From assembly GCA_964454845.1 (NCBI GenBank), contig CAYVVS010000001.1:87273-151272 (forward strand): DNA of 64,000 bases, written 5' to 3'. Source of the DNA: an uncultured Candidatus Saccharibacteria bacterium (GTDB lineage Bacteria; Patescibacteriota; Saccharimonadia; CAILAD01; GCA-016700035). Made by a program: the position numbers and the translations under genes. The notes under the pieces were generated by a model. It ran no database searches. It saw only the letters and a list, made by a program, of their open reading frames with translations, and was not told the origin of the DNA. Shown one piece after another: positions 17,844 to 27,238 of this stretch (position 1 is the first letter of the stretch; every line of letters starts with the position of its first letter).

Positions 17844-18708
17844 CTCTCAGGGCAAGCTTTTAGCAATTGTTGGGCCAACTGCGGCCGGCAAAACAGGCAT
17901 TGCACTGAGTTTAGCCAAGCTATGCCCAATTGAAGTTATTTGTGCGGACTCTCGTACTATCTATCAAGGGATGGACGTTGGCACGGCAAAGCCAACATTT
18001 GAGGAGCGAGCCCAGGTGCCTCACTGGGGCTTAGATCTGATTGAGCCCGGTGGGTCGTATTCGGCAGCTCAGTTCGTAAGTTATGCAGAGCAGAAAATGC
18101 GAGAAATATGGAGCAGGGGGAATGCAGCTGTAATAGTTGGTGGAAGTGGGATGTATATTGATGCGCTACTTTTTGGCTACAAGTTCCGAACGCCAACTTC
18201 ACCGCAGCAAGATTATAGCTTGATGTCGCATGACGAGCTCTTGGGACTAGCGCAAAAGCAGTATCCTATTGAGATAAGTCATATTGATGTAAAAAATAAA
18301 CGAAGATTAGTGCAGTTATTGGAGAAGGGGCCCACCGACTACTCAGATCGCCAGCGTCTAAAATATACTGTAAAAATCATCGGTATTGACCCATCTAGGA
18401 CTAATCTCCAGGTAAGGATTGAAAAACGAACGAGACAAATGTTGGAACAAGGATTTGTTCAAGAATGTGAATCATTAGCTAAGGCGTACGGCGTGAGCTG
18501 TTTTGCACTCCAGACCACCGGATACGCTGCTGTAGTAAGCTACATGCAGGGGCGGCTCAGCTATGATGATATGTATCAAAAAATAGTGGCTGACACCAAG
18601 AAGCTGGCTAAGAAGCAGCGAACATGGTTCCAGCGTAATCCTTTTATAGAATGGTCCGCCGATGAAGATGAAGCCCTCGCATTTGCAGCCTCCTACTTAC
18701 AGGCCTAA
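17794..18708 (+). CDS. miaA: tRNA dimethylallyltransferase
   Basis: P-loop GPTAAGKT, …ADSRTIYQGMDVGTAKP…, VPHWGLD motifs. The ORF as listed overlaps the thrS 3' end by 50 nt; a downstream non-ATG start is possible. Confidence 0.75.
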   Translation: MNLQKRSPKKSAAAASSSQGKLLAIVGPTAAGKTGIALSLAKLCPIEVICADSRTIYQGMDVGTAKPTFEERAQVPHWGLDLIEPGGSYSAAQFVSYAEQKMREIWSRGNAAVIVGGSGMYIDALLFGYKFRTPTSPQQDYSLMSHDELLGLAQKQYPIEISHIDVKNKRRLVQLLEKGPTDYSDRQRLKYTVKIIGIDPSRTNLQVRIEKRTRQMLEQGFVQECESLAKAYGVSCFALQTTGYAAVVSYMQGRLSYDDMYQKIVADTKKLAKKQRTWFQRNPFIEWSADEDEALAFAASYLQA

Positions 18709-18725
18709 CAAGGTACAATAGGGAT

Positions 18726-20078
18726 ATGAAGCGTTTGCGAAATGTATTAGGAATTACTGCAGGCAAGGCAGCCAATCGTTCTATGAAAATGCTTGGCCGG
18801 CATAGCACTGCGCTTCCAGGCTTTGTTGCTGAGCGCATAGGAAGCCAGCCGCTGGAGCACTACATGCGTAAACGTAGGTATGTAAAAACAATCTTGGTTA
18901 CTGGAACAAACGGCAAGACAACAACTACTATGTTGATCGCGAGTGTGTTTCGCGAGGCTGGCTATGAAGTAGTCAATAATGGGTCTGGATCAAATCTGAC
19001 TCGTGGCGTACTAACTACCTTACTGGATGATAAACGTCAGGGCGATGGCTCAGTGCTGCTTCTGGAGGTGGATGAAGCTAGTATGCCGGCAGTTTGTAAG
19101 GCTACAAAACCGGATATTATTGTTGTATCAAACATTTTTCGCGATCAGCTTGATAGATACGGAGAAGTGGACACGACAAGGAAGCTACTAGAACGTGCTC
19201 TTGGCTTTGCCGTAGATGCACAGCTCATCCTTTGTGCTGATGATCCGCATGTAGCTCGATTGGGGCTAGAGGAAGGTCGAGCCGTCAGCTATTTTGGTTT
19301 GAATGCATCTGGCATAAAGGCATTACCGCATGATCACGCCAGCGATGTACCACTTAGCCCGGCGACTGGGGCGCCACTTGTGTACTCCCGTCGATATTTC
19401 GGACATGTCGGTAAATATAAGGCGACCGACGGCAGCTTTGCCCGGCCAAACCCAGATGTCTCTGTGGAGTCGATATCGCGTGAATTGCATGCGCAAGTGG
19501 TTACGATGAAGCTACGCGGGTATGATCAGCCGCTGGTAATCAGAAGTGGCCTTGCGGGAACGTATAACACCTATAATTTAGCCGCAGCAGTGGCGGTAGC
19601 TAGCTCTTGCGGACTTGATATGGGGCAGGTAACAAAAGCTTTGCAATATAAAAATACAGCCTTTGGTCGCCAGGAGACATTGCATTTTGAAGGGAAGCGT
19701 TGTACGTTTTTGCTCATTAAAAATCCGACCGGCTTTAACCAGGTGATTCAGTCATTCTTTCAGGAGGGAACTACTAGCCCAGCTTTGATTGTAATTAATG
19801 ATAATTTTGCTGATGGGAAAGATATATCTTGGCTATGGGATGCGGCTCTTGAGGATCTAGCTACTACTGGTCAGATTATTGTTTCAGGATTGCGCGCCTA
19901 CGATATGGCATTACGCCTTGAGTACGCTGGTAGGAAGTGTCGAGTAATTGAAGACCCTATTCGGGCTCTGCGCACACTTGCTAAAAGTGATGCCGAAGAA
20001 GTTTTGGTGTTGCCGACATATACCGCACTTCTAGAGATGCGCAAAAAGCTCGCCCTCAAATTGGAGCACAGCTCATGA
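18726..20078 (+). CDS. murT: Lipid II isoglutaminyl synthase, Mur-ligase-like subunit MurT
   Basis: Mur ligase central domain P-loop TGTNGKTTTT with a C-terminal MurT-type domain. Immediately followed by, and overlapping, the GatD-like amidotransferase. Confidence 0.75.
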   Translation: MKRLRNVLGITAGKAANRSMKMLGRHSTALPGFVAERIGSQPLEHYMRKRRYVKTILVTGTNGKTTTTMLIASVFREAGYEVVNNGSGSNLTRGVLTTLLDDKRQGDGSVLLLEVDEASMPAVCKATKPDIIVVSNIFRDQLDRYGEVDTTRKLLERALGFAVDAQLILCADDPHVARLGLEEGRAVSYFGLNASGIKALPHDHASDVPLSPATGAPLVYSRRYFGHVGKYKATDGSFARPNPDVSVESISRELHAQVVTMKLRGYDQPLVIRSGLAGTYNTYNLAAAVAVASSCGLDMGQVTKALQYKNTAFGRQETLHFEGKRCTFLLIKNPTGFNQVIQSFFQEGTTSPALIVINDNFADGKDISWLWDAALEDLATTGQIIVSGLRAYDMALRLEYAGRKCRVIEDPIRALRTLAKSDAEEVLVLPTYTALLEMRKKLALKLEHSS

Positions 20079-20794
20079 CGCGCACACAAAAAATTACCAT
20101 CCTTTACTTGTATCCCCATGAGATGAATACCTATGGTGATTGGGGGAATGTGCTGGTTTTGCAGAAACGTTTGGAGTGGAGAGGTTACTCGGTTGAGCTA
20201 GTAGAACATAGGCCTGGTGATGCCCTTAAGATTAAGCCGCATTTGATATTCTTTGGCGGCGGTCAGGACAGTGGCCAGGGGCTAATTTTGCAGGATCTTC
20301 AACGTGTAGCTGATCGGTTAAGGTCTTGGATTGAAGGTGGTGTGCCGGTTCTAGCTATCTGCGGAGGATACCAGCTATTGGGGCGCGAGTTTATCACGCA
20401 TTCAGGTGAAGAGCTTCAGGGTGTTGGCGCACTGCCGGTTACCACTGTTGCTGAATCTGAGCGGTTGATAGGTAATGTAGTGCTTCGAAGTGATGTGTTT
20501 GGTGAGGTAGTAGGATTTGAGAATCATTCAGGTCGTACGTCTTTTCTTCAGGAAGAGGAGGAGGCTCTGGGAAAAGTTCAAAAGGGCGGCGGCAATAATG
20601 GTATCGACGGAAAAGAGGGGATTATCTATAAATCAACCATTGGTACATACCTGCATGGGCCACTTTTACCCAAAAACCCTCAAGTAGCTGACTGGCTTAT
20701 TGCAAAAGCACTGGGAGTTTCGAACAAAGAATTAGTTCAGCTTCCAGACACTTTTGTTGCTCAAGCACGAGCAGCAGTAACAAGAAAAAAGTAG
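20075..20794 (+). CDS. gatD: Lipid II isoglutaminyl synthase, glutaminase subunit GatD (CobB/CobQ-like GATase)
   Basis: Class I amidotransferase with nucleophile Cys in ICGGYQLLG. ATGA overlap with murT. Confidence 0.75.
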   Translation: MTRTQKITILYLYPHEMNTYGDWGNVLVLQKRLEWRGYSVELVEHRPGDALKIKPHLIFFGGGQDSGQGLILQDLQRVADRLRSWIEGGVPVLAICGGYQLLGREFITHSGEELQGVGALPVTTVAESERLIGNVVLRSDVFGEVVGFENHSGRTSFLQEEEEALGKVQKGGGNNGIDGKEGIIYKSTIGTYLHGPLLPKNPQVADWLIAKALGVSNKELVQLPDTFVAQARAAVTRKK

Positions 20795-20920
20795 CTGTAC
20801 TCACTTGAAGTGCATATAGGTTCAGTTTTTTTGTGCACTAAACTTCTCGATATGTGTTGAGCTTCTGAATCTATTTCGTGTACACTAGTGAGTAAGAAAA
20901 ATATTGAGGGAATCTGCCAT

Positions 20921-21631
20921 ATGCAAATCGAGTCGCTTTTTGGTTCAAAGACCCGGGTAAAATTATTGAGCCTTTTTTATAACAACCCCGAGCGCCCGTT
21001 TTATGTGCGGGAGATTACCCGTAAGATTAATGAGCAGATTAACTCAGTACGTCGTGAACTCCAGAACCTTCTCAATATTGGGATTGTAAAATCTGTTAAT
21101 CAGTCAAATCGTCTGTATTACGAGATAGACCCATCGTTTAAATTTCACGGTGAGCTGATGTCGATATTTCAGCGAATTCCTGCAAAATCTAAAGAGATTC
21201 GTGAAACGAAGGAAGAAGATCAGATCTTAAAGAAGATCCAGAAAGCTGGAAATGTAAAAGTACTCTTCCTATCCGGTGCTTTTGTACGTGGCAGTATGCA
21301 AAACGTCGACATCTTCATTGTGGGCGATATGAATAAAGCCAAGTTAGCTCAAGTAATTGGTGATATGGAGACGGCTATGAATCGTGAGCTTAACTACACG
21401 GCTTTCAGGTTAGAGGATTTTGATTATCGACGTAATTTGAATGACCGATTCCTGCTCGATATGCTTGATGCTCGCAAGATCGTATTGCGTGATGACCTCA
21501 AAATATTTGATAAAGCAACCAAGCAACCTGCAGATGAGGTGGAGCCAACTGGCCCGGTACAAGTTAATGTTTCAGCGCCGCATCCGGAAATCACTACCGA
21601 AGAAGCAATTCGTATGGCGGAGTTAGGCTAG
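20921..21631 (+). CDS. Winged-helix DNA-binding protein with C-terminal nucleotidyltransferase-like domain
   Basis: N-terminal wHTH (…FYVREITRKINEQINSVRRELQNLLNIGIV…). C-terminal segment (…VLFLSGAFVRGSMQNVDIFIVGD…) resembles the minimal nucleotidyltransferase fold. Start uncertain (20888 GTG or 20921 ATG with GAGGG SD). Confidence 0.45.
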   Translation: MQIESLFGSKTRVKLLSLFYNNPERPFYVREITRKINEQINSVRRELQNLLNIGIVKSVNQSNRLYYEIDPSFKFHGELMSIFQRIPAKSKEIRETKEEDQILKKIQKAGNVKVLFLSGAFVRGSMQNVDIFIVGDMNKAKLAQVIGDMETAMNRELNYTAFRLEDFDYRRNLNDRFLLDMLDARKIVLRDDLKIFDKATKQPADEVEPTGPVQVNVSAPHPEITTEEAIRMAELG

Positions 21632-21638
21632 GTATATT

Positions 21639-22706
21639 GTGGCTGCTCCACAACCATCTCCGACCATAACGATTCAAATTTCCTGGAAGACAATCTTTGC
21701 AATTGCTGGCGTGGTCCTCGGAGCTTGGGTCGTATATACAATCGGCAATTTTCTGATCTTGCTGTTTGCAAGTATTGTGGTGGCCACAGCTCTAGCACCA
21801 TACGTGCGATGGCTCGAAAAGAAGGGATTACCTCGTTGGGCGGCTGTTACAGCGATATATCTGGCGATTTTTCTGGTACTTGGCCTGATTTTAGTTTTGG
21901 TAGTTCCAACTATCTCAAAGCAGGTGAGTGACTTGATTGAGAACTGGCCAAATATCAACCGTTCTTTGCAGGCCAGCCTTAGTCAAAACGATGCACTGCA
22001 GGGGCTTTATGATTCATTCACTGCCGGATCTGGTGATGGTGGCTCCATATTTTCACAGGTAGTGAATATTACCTCTGTCTTTGTGAATGGTGTAGCAACT
22101 ACGGTACTTTTCTTTGTACTAACTTTTTACTTGTTGATGAATGGCCGAAAGCTAGCCCATTTCTTGGTTGGCCTCGTACCACAGGGCAAGGAGCGTGAGC
22201 GCTACGGTAGGTTAATAGCGAATATGTCTGAGCGAATGGGCTTTTGGTTTCGGGGGCAGTTTATAATTTCTCTCATGACGTTTCTAGTGGTATGGGCGGC
22301 TCTTTCTCTACTGCGGGTTGAGTACGCTCTAACTCTAGCTCTCATTGCCGGTGTAGCTGAGTTTATCCCACTCGTAGGTTCTTGGATTGGTGCAACTCCT
22401 GCCGTGCTTGTTGCTTTTGGACAGGCGCCGATAGTGGCATTGTTTGTCGTAATTTTCTTCTTTGCTTGGCAGTCGTTCCAGGGATACATCATTAGTCCGC
22501 AAGTAATGCGTCGAGCAATTGGTGTGCCTTCAATTTTTATACTTATTTCCGTATTAATTCTGGCAAATTTGATTGGCTTTGTTGGCGTCTTTTTGGCGGC
22601 ACCGATTGCGGCTGCAGTTGCGGTGCTCGTTGAAGAATATGCAGAGGGTGTGCATACGCAGCTTAAACGAGGTTTGGCTGCTAGGAGTGGGCAACGCAAG
22701 AGTTAA
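21639..22706 (+). CDS. AI-2E family transporter (PerM/UPF0118 permease)
   Basis: 8 TM helices, length and N-terminal conserved region typical of the AI-2E/YdiK family. Confidence 0.65.
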   Translation: MAAPQPSPTITIQISWKTIFAIAGVVLGAWVVYTIGNFLILLFASIVVATALAPYVRWLEKKGLPRWAAVTAIYLAIFLVLGLILVLVVPTISKQVSDLIENWPNINRSLQASLSQNDALQGLYDSFTAGSGDGGSIFSQVVNITSVFVNGVATTVLFFVLTFYLLMNGRKLAHFLVGLVPQGKERERYGRLIANMSERMGFWFRGQFIISLMTFLVVWAALSLLRVEYALTLALIAGVAEFIPLVGSWIGATPAVLVAFGQAPIVALFVVIFFFAWQSFQGYIISPQVMRRAIGVPSIFILISVLILANLIGFVGVFLAAPIAAAVAVLVEEYAEGVHTQLKRGLAARSGQRKS

Positions 22707-22724
22707 TCTGATATACTGGCATCT

Positions 22725-23255
22725 ATGGATATTTCACTCGGAAAAGACACAACTCTATTTTTACATGGCCGCGACGTTACTATGGCTATTGGACCTAGTC
22801 TTGAAATTAAAACAGATGTTTTTTTTACAACAAAAGGTGCAGAACCTAAGGCTGAAGTAGGCAAGTTCTTTCAGGGGGCAGGCGAGTACGAAGTGCAAGG
22901 AGTGATGGTTGACGGTGTTGCAACCGGGAAAGGGCTGACCTCGTACCATGCGATATATGATGGCGTGAGTATCGCAGCAGTCACGCTGCAAAAAGCTGAA
23001 GAGCTCACCGACGAGATGCTAGAACACCTACAGCCTTCGCATATACTCGTACTGTGGCTTGAAGACGGCACAGCACAAGATGTGGCTCAGTTAATGGCGC
23101 GTTTTGACGCCTATCAATTGATTCCGGCTCAGGTTCCGTGTGACAGTGAATCTCTGGAGAAAGAGCTACAGCTCAAAGCTGAAGTAATTCAAAAATTGAA
23201 GCTTTCTACCAAAAATTACACGGATGGCATTCGTTTACTCACTACTTTGAGCTAG
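22725..23255 (+). CDS. Hypothetical protein
   Basis: ORF of 176 aa, no recognisable motif. Confidence 0.4.
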   Translation: MDISLGKDTTLFLHGRDVTMAIGPSLEIKTDVFFTTKGAEPKAEVGKFFQGAGEYEVQGVMVDGVATGKGLTSYHAIYDGVSIAAVTLQKAEELTDEMLEHLQPSHILVLWLEDGTAQDVAQLMARFDAYQLIPAQVPCDSESLEKELQLKAEVIQKLKLSTKNYTDGIRLLTTLS

Positions 23256-23274
23256 GTGTGGCTAATTTGTAACT

Positions 23275-23304
23275 AAAAAACCACCCAAAGTCGGGTGGTT
23301 TTTT
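23275..23304. terminator. Bidirectional rho-independent terminator between the 22725 gene and rpmB
   Basis: A6-CCACCC-aaagtc-GGGTGG-T6. Confidence 0.75.
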
Positions 23305-23319
23305 AGTAAAAAAGGCCAG

Positions 23320-23538
23320 CTATGCGGTGTGGAGTTCGTCTTTACCGAGATCGTTCGCGTGCTTCTTGAGGGTGCGAATTGTAGAGGCGGCCAACTTAAC
23401 ACGAACCTTCTCACCGTTAATGATGAGGGTTTTCTTCTGGAGGTTTGGCTTCCAGACCTTTGGAGTAGCGCGCATTGAATGGCTCACGTTATGGCCAAAT
23501 TGCTTACCTTTTCCTGTGATGTCGCATTTGTAAGACAT
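23320..23538 (-). CDS. rpmB: 50S ribosomal protein L28
   Basis: MSYKCDITGKGKQFGHNVSHSMRATPKVWKPNLQ… matches the L28 family. Start trimmed to the M of MSYK. Confidence 0.85.
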   Translation of the reverse strand: MSYKCDITGKGKQFGHNVSHSMRATPKVWKPNLQKKTLIINGEKVRVKLAASTIRTLKKHANDLGKDELHTA

Positions 23539-23624
23539 AGTAAAAATTCCTAACCCAAGCATAATAACAGATACGAGCTAGTTTGACAAGTCTGACATAG
23601 GCCTAAAGCTGGTATACTAAATTT

Positions 23625-24245
23625 ATGAATTTCTTAGAGATTATTAATTTACTATTCATCTATGTAGTGGCTATCACAATTCATGAATATAGCCATGCTG
23701 TGGTGGCCCACAAGCTAGGAGATCCCACCGCCAAACAGGAAGGGCGGTTAACGCTCAACCCGATGGCCCACATTGATCCGCTCACCACATTAGCGTTGCC
23801 AGTTTTGCTAATTCTGGCTGGGAGTCCAGTAATTTTTGGCGCCGCTCGTCCGGTTCCATTTACGCCATATCTGGTGCGGGGTGGCAAAAAAGGCGCTGCC
23901 TTGATCGCGTTAGCGGGTCCGGTGAGCAACTTGATCTTGGCTGCTCTGGTGGCGATAGTAATTCGTTTGGCTCCAGGGCTTGCAATGGCTGGCAGCGGAC
24001 TCCTTATCTCAATGATGACGGTGAATATCGCTCTGGCACTTTTTAACTTGCTCCCAATTCCGCCCCTGGATGGCTCGCGGGTGCTCTATGCCTTTGTGCC
24101 TGCAGGCATGCAGGATGCAATGGAGCGATTTGAGCGCACCGGTCCAATTGTAATTCTCGTGATTTTTCTTGTTGGGTATCCGTTTATTGCGCCATATCTT
24201 GGTACTGCAACACGGGCCATTACTCGCTTTCTTCTCGGGGTGTAG
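23625..24245 (+). CDS. Site-2-protease-family zinc metalloprotease (peptidase M50, short form)
   Basis: HExxH in TM helix 1 (IHEYSHAVVAH), downstream LDG motif (PPLDGSRVL), multi-pass membrane protein. Confidence 0.65.
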   Translation: MNFLEIINLLFIYVVAITIHEYSHAVVAHKLGDPTAKQEGRLTLNPMAHIDPLTTLALPVLLILAGSPVIFGAARPVPFTPYLVRGGKKGAALIALAGPVSNLILAALVAIVIRLAPGLAMAGSGLLISMMTVNIALALFNLLPIPPLDGSRVLYAFVPAGMQDAMERFERTGPIVILVIFLVGYPFIAPYLGTATRAITRFLLGV

Positions 24246-24432
24246 GCCTGATATACTAGGTATAACCCTCGGGCGCGCGATACAAGCTTATATTTTTTCT
24301 GCTTAGAGAATAAAACGGGAGACCTAGATTGCGCTTCATCTTAGCTTGCTAGGAATGGAGTGGCTGCGGACACCCACCTGGAATTTTTGCCAGGGAAAAT
24401 ATTCTGCTTACCGGCGCCATGGGGGATTTTAT

Positions 24433-24990
24433 TTACAGTTTGAAGCGCTTTTTCCATACTGTTGGCTGTGATATAGAGTCGGCTCGGAGGATATCAATGT
24501 GGGATTCTATTTGGAGATGCTGAGCGATTTTACGAATTTGCCCACTAATGTCATAGGGAAAGATCCAAAGTGCCGAGCTAAAGCGCAGAAAGCCGAGCCG
24601 TTTAAGTTCAATAAGAAACTGATTGCGGGCAATTTTATGTGATTCCGGGATCTGATAGGTGACAAATAGCCAGCGTTTATTCCAGTTTTTTGGTGAATGC
24701 ATCGAGAGTGCAGCTGGTTTGTGGAGCTCGCCACGCTTTAGGAGCTCGGTGCCGCGATTGGTAATTTTATAGAGCTTCTCCGTATCGATTCGACCTTGTG
24801 TGAGCACGCCTTGGCGAGAGAGGATGGCTAGAGTATCTTTGATGCGAGCACGTGGTGCGCGGGTTGTATTCCAACTAAAAAGCTCTAAAAGTGCCTTGTC
24901 TTCCAGGAGCGAAGCTTCGGTAGTGACGCCTTTTTGAGCAACTTTTTTAAGCAGTTCTTGGGATTTAGATATTTTTTTCATATTTGTCAT
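24433..24990 (-). CDS. PaaX-like transcriptional regulator (wHTH + Cas2-like C-terminal domain)
   Basis: N-terminal wHTH and C-terminal region (…WLFVTYQIPESHKIARNQFLIELKRLGF…) of the PaaX_C/Cas2-like fold. Confidence 0.45.
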   Translation of the reverse strand: MTNMKKISKSQELLKKVAQKGVTTEASLLEDKALLELFSWNTTRAPRARIKDTLAILSRQGVLTQGRIDTEKLYKITNRGTELLKRGELHKPAALSMHSPKNWNKRWLFVTYQIPESHKIARNQFLIELKRLGFLRFSSALWIFPYDISGQIRKIAQHLQIESHIDILRADSISQPTVWKKRFKL

Positions 24991-25055
24991 GCTTAAGCAT
25001 GATTATTATGTATAGAGTGTCGATAAGTCAACCTGGTTTGCTACAATATGGAGGA

Positions 25056-25132
25056 CGGGGTGTGGCGCAGTTGGCTAGCGCGTACGGCTGGGGGCCGTGA
25101 GGTCGCAGGTTCAAGTCCTGTCACCCCGACCA
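25056..25132 (+). tRNA. tRNA-Pro (anticodon GGG), CCA encoded
   Basis: C1:G72 acceptor CGGGGTG/CACCCCG, anticodon stem TACGG/CCGTG with loop CUGGGGG, T-arm GCAGG-TTCAAGT-CCTGT, discriminator A, CCA. Confidence 0.88.
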
Positions 25133-25162
25133 GATTTTATTTGCTACAATAAGTACATATTT

Positions 25163-25576
25163 ATGTCAGAAACCTCAGTTTTTACAAAAATTCGTCAAGG
25201 CGAAGTACCAGGAGAGGTCATCTATCAGGATGAGCGGGTATTTGTCATTATGACGATTGCTCCACATAACCCTGGGCATTGTTTGGTGATACCTGTTGAT
25301 GAAGTTGGAAACTTTGAAGAAGTTCCAGAAGATCTCTACTTACACCTGATGAAGGTGGTGCAACAGTTGGCAAAGATTCAGCGCAAAGTATACGGATCTC
25401 CAAAGGTTGCGATGATAGCGGCTGGGATGGAGGTGGAGCACACGCATATTCACCTTTTCCCTCTGAACTCAGAACTTGATATAGCTTTTACTAGTGCAAA
25501 ACACCCAGATTATTCAGAGGTACAAACTGAGGCTCGCAAACTTAGAGCTGCTATCGAGGAGTCACCCATCGGATGA
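25163..25576 (+). CDS. HIT-family (histidine triad) nucleotide hydrolase
   Basis: Histidine triad EVEHTHIHLFP. The listed ORF start at 25097 overlaps tRNA-Pro, so the start is moved to MSETSVF. The TGCTACAAT motif ends 13 nt upstream. Confidence 0.75.
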   Translation: MSETSVFTKIRQGEVPGEVIYQDERVFVIMTIAPHNPGHCLVIPVDEVGNFEEVPEDLYLHLMKVVQQLAKIQRKVYGSPKVAMIAAGMEVEHTHIHLFPLNSELDIAFTSAKHPDYSEVQTEARKLRAAIEESPIG

Positions 25577-26352
25577 TTTGGGCCTTTTTACTTGGTGTCG
25601 TTCAGGCTATAACTGAATTTCTGCCGATCTCTTCGAGTGCACATCTGCTTATAACTCCTTGGTTATTCGGTTTCCCTCCTCAAGGATTGGCTTTTGATGC
25701 AGCTCTGCATCTCGGTACGTCATTGGCACTGCTCCTCTTCTTTTGGCGTGACTTCTGGGGGATGATTCAAAAACGCGATAAGTTTCTGTGGTATATCCTT
25801 ATTGCCTCTATTCCAGGCGCAGCCATTGGTTTTTTTGGCGATAAGCTCATCGAACAATATTTACATGAAGGGAGCTTAGCTATTCTGATTGCGGCTATCG
25901 GCATGATTTTGATGACGGGTGTAATTTGGTACGTGGATGCTACAGCTAAACTGAAGAAAGACCTTACGCAGATGAATCGTAAGGAGGCTTTTTGGGTTGG
26001 GTTGGCACAAGCTTTAGCTCTCATTCCAGGTATGTCACGATCTGGGGCCACGATTGCTGCTGGATTGGCAGCAGGCTATACCCGAGAATCTGCAGCCCGT
26101 TTTAGCTTCTTAATCGGCACTCCTATTGCTTTGGGCGCTGGGTTGTATAAGGCTACCGACATTATTCAGGCGCAGCCATCCAGCTCAGAGGTTATGCAGT
26201 TAGTTATCGGCGTGGTTACCGCAGCAATTCTTGGTTTTGCGGTCATTCGGTGGCTCCTCGGATACGTACAGAAGCACAGCCTTCGAGTGTTTCTCATTTA
26301 CCGCCTAGTATTTGCAAGTACAGTGATAATTATTTGGTTGCTGCGCTCATGA
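25573..26352 (+). CDS. uppP: Undecaprenyl-diphosphate phosphatase
   Basis: N-terminal EFLPISSSAHL and PGxSRSGxTI (PGMSRSGATI) motifs. 8 TM. Confidence 0.85.
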   Translation: MIWAFLLGVVQAITEFLPISSSAHLLITPWLFGFPPQGLAFDAALHLGTSLALLLFFWRDFWGMIQKRDKFLWYILIASIPGAAIGFFGDKLIEQYLHEGSLAILIAAIGMILMTGVIWYVDATAKLKKDLTQMNRKEAFWVGLAQALALIPGMSRSGATIAAGLAAGYTRESAARFSFLIGTPIALGAGLYKATDIIQAQPSSSEVMQLVIGVVTAAILGFAVIRWLLGYVQKHSLRVFLIYRLVFASTVIIIWLLRS

Positions 26353-26753
26353 CAGATCGTGTGCGCATTCACGGCGATGGTGGTTCTCGAGGTAATCCAG
26401 GGCCTGCTGCGGCAGCGGCAGTACTACTAAGCCCTGAGGGTGACGTACTAGAGAAGCGGGCCGAATATATGGGCGTTGCCACCAATAATCAGGCTGAATA
26501 TTTGGCGGTTGAGCTCGGGTTGCAGGCAATGCGCGATCTGAAGATCCCAGGAGCGGATTTTTATTTAGATAGCCAGCTGGTGGTTCGGCAACTTAATGGT
26601 CAGTACAGAGTGAAGCATCCTGACATGAAGGCGGCATTTAACCGGATTCAAGAGCTCAAACAGGGGCTCGATGTGACTTTTACACATGTGTTGCGAGCAG
26701 AGAACACTATTGCTGATACGGCGGTTAATGAATGCCTGGATGCCCACGTCTAA
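26350..26753 (+). CDS. rnhA: Ribonuclease HI
   Basis: DGGSRGNPGPA…NNQAEYLA…DSQLVV… catalytic motifs (D, E, D). ATGA overlap with uppP. Confidence 0.8.
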
Positions 26754-26790
26754 AGTATAGACATTTATTGAAAAATCTTGTAAAATAATA

Positions 26791-27178
26791 GAGCAAGTAA
26801 GCAGATGATCGCTCCATTTTTAGGAGAGGAAAGTCCGAACAGCTCGAGTACAAGATGGTTGCTAACGGCAACCCGGGGCAACCTGAGGGAAAGTGCCACA
26901 GAGACAATACCGCCAGGTGTTCGCACTTGGTAAGGGTGAAAAGAGGGCGGTAAAAGCGCCCAGCTGGTGCTGGTGACAGCACGAGGAGGTAAACCCCATC
27001 TGCTGCAAGGCTTATGGATCCCGACTATGTCAAGGTGTACTCGCTTTTCCTCATATGAGGAGGGATATGTCGCATGATTGTGGGAGAACCACAACACTGT
27101 GTTCCACAGAGATAGATGATCATCACCTTTTTAGGCAGGCTAAAAGGGGACAGAATTCGGCTTATCGCTTGCTTGCCC
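26791..27178 (+). ncRNA. rnpB: RNase P RNA (bacterial type A)
   Basis: AGGAAAGUCCG… P4 5' strand, GGCAACCCGGGGCAACCUGAGGGAAAGUGCCACAGAGA…, UAAGGGUGAAAAGAGGGCGGUAAAAGCGCCCAGC…, ACAGAAUUCGGCUUAU P4 3' strand. P1 pairing GCAAGUAAGC/GCUUGCUUGC. Overlapping minus- and plus-strand ORFs are spurious. Confidence 0.75.
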
Positions 27179-27238
27179 GCAAAAGTTCCAGTGTACTGGG
27201 GTTTTTGCAGATAACTTTATCCTGGTACAATAGAGAAA

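Noticed and set aside
13864-22699. Long minus-strand ORFs 13864-14379 and 22202-22699
   Set aside because: They are antisense to the FtsX permease and the AI-2E transporter, whose sense-strand products have clear family signatures.
25097-25162. ORF start at 25097 for the HIT protein
   Set aside because: The first 12 codons are encoded by the tRNA-Pro gene. Start moved to the ATG at 25163, preceded by a TGCTACAAT promoter motif.
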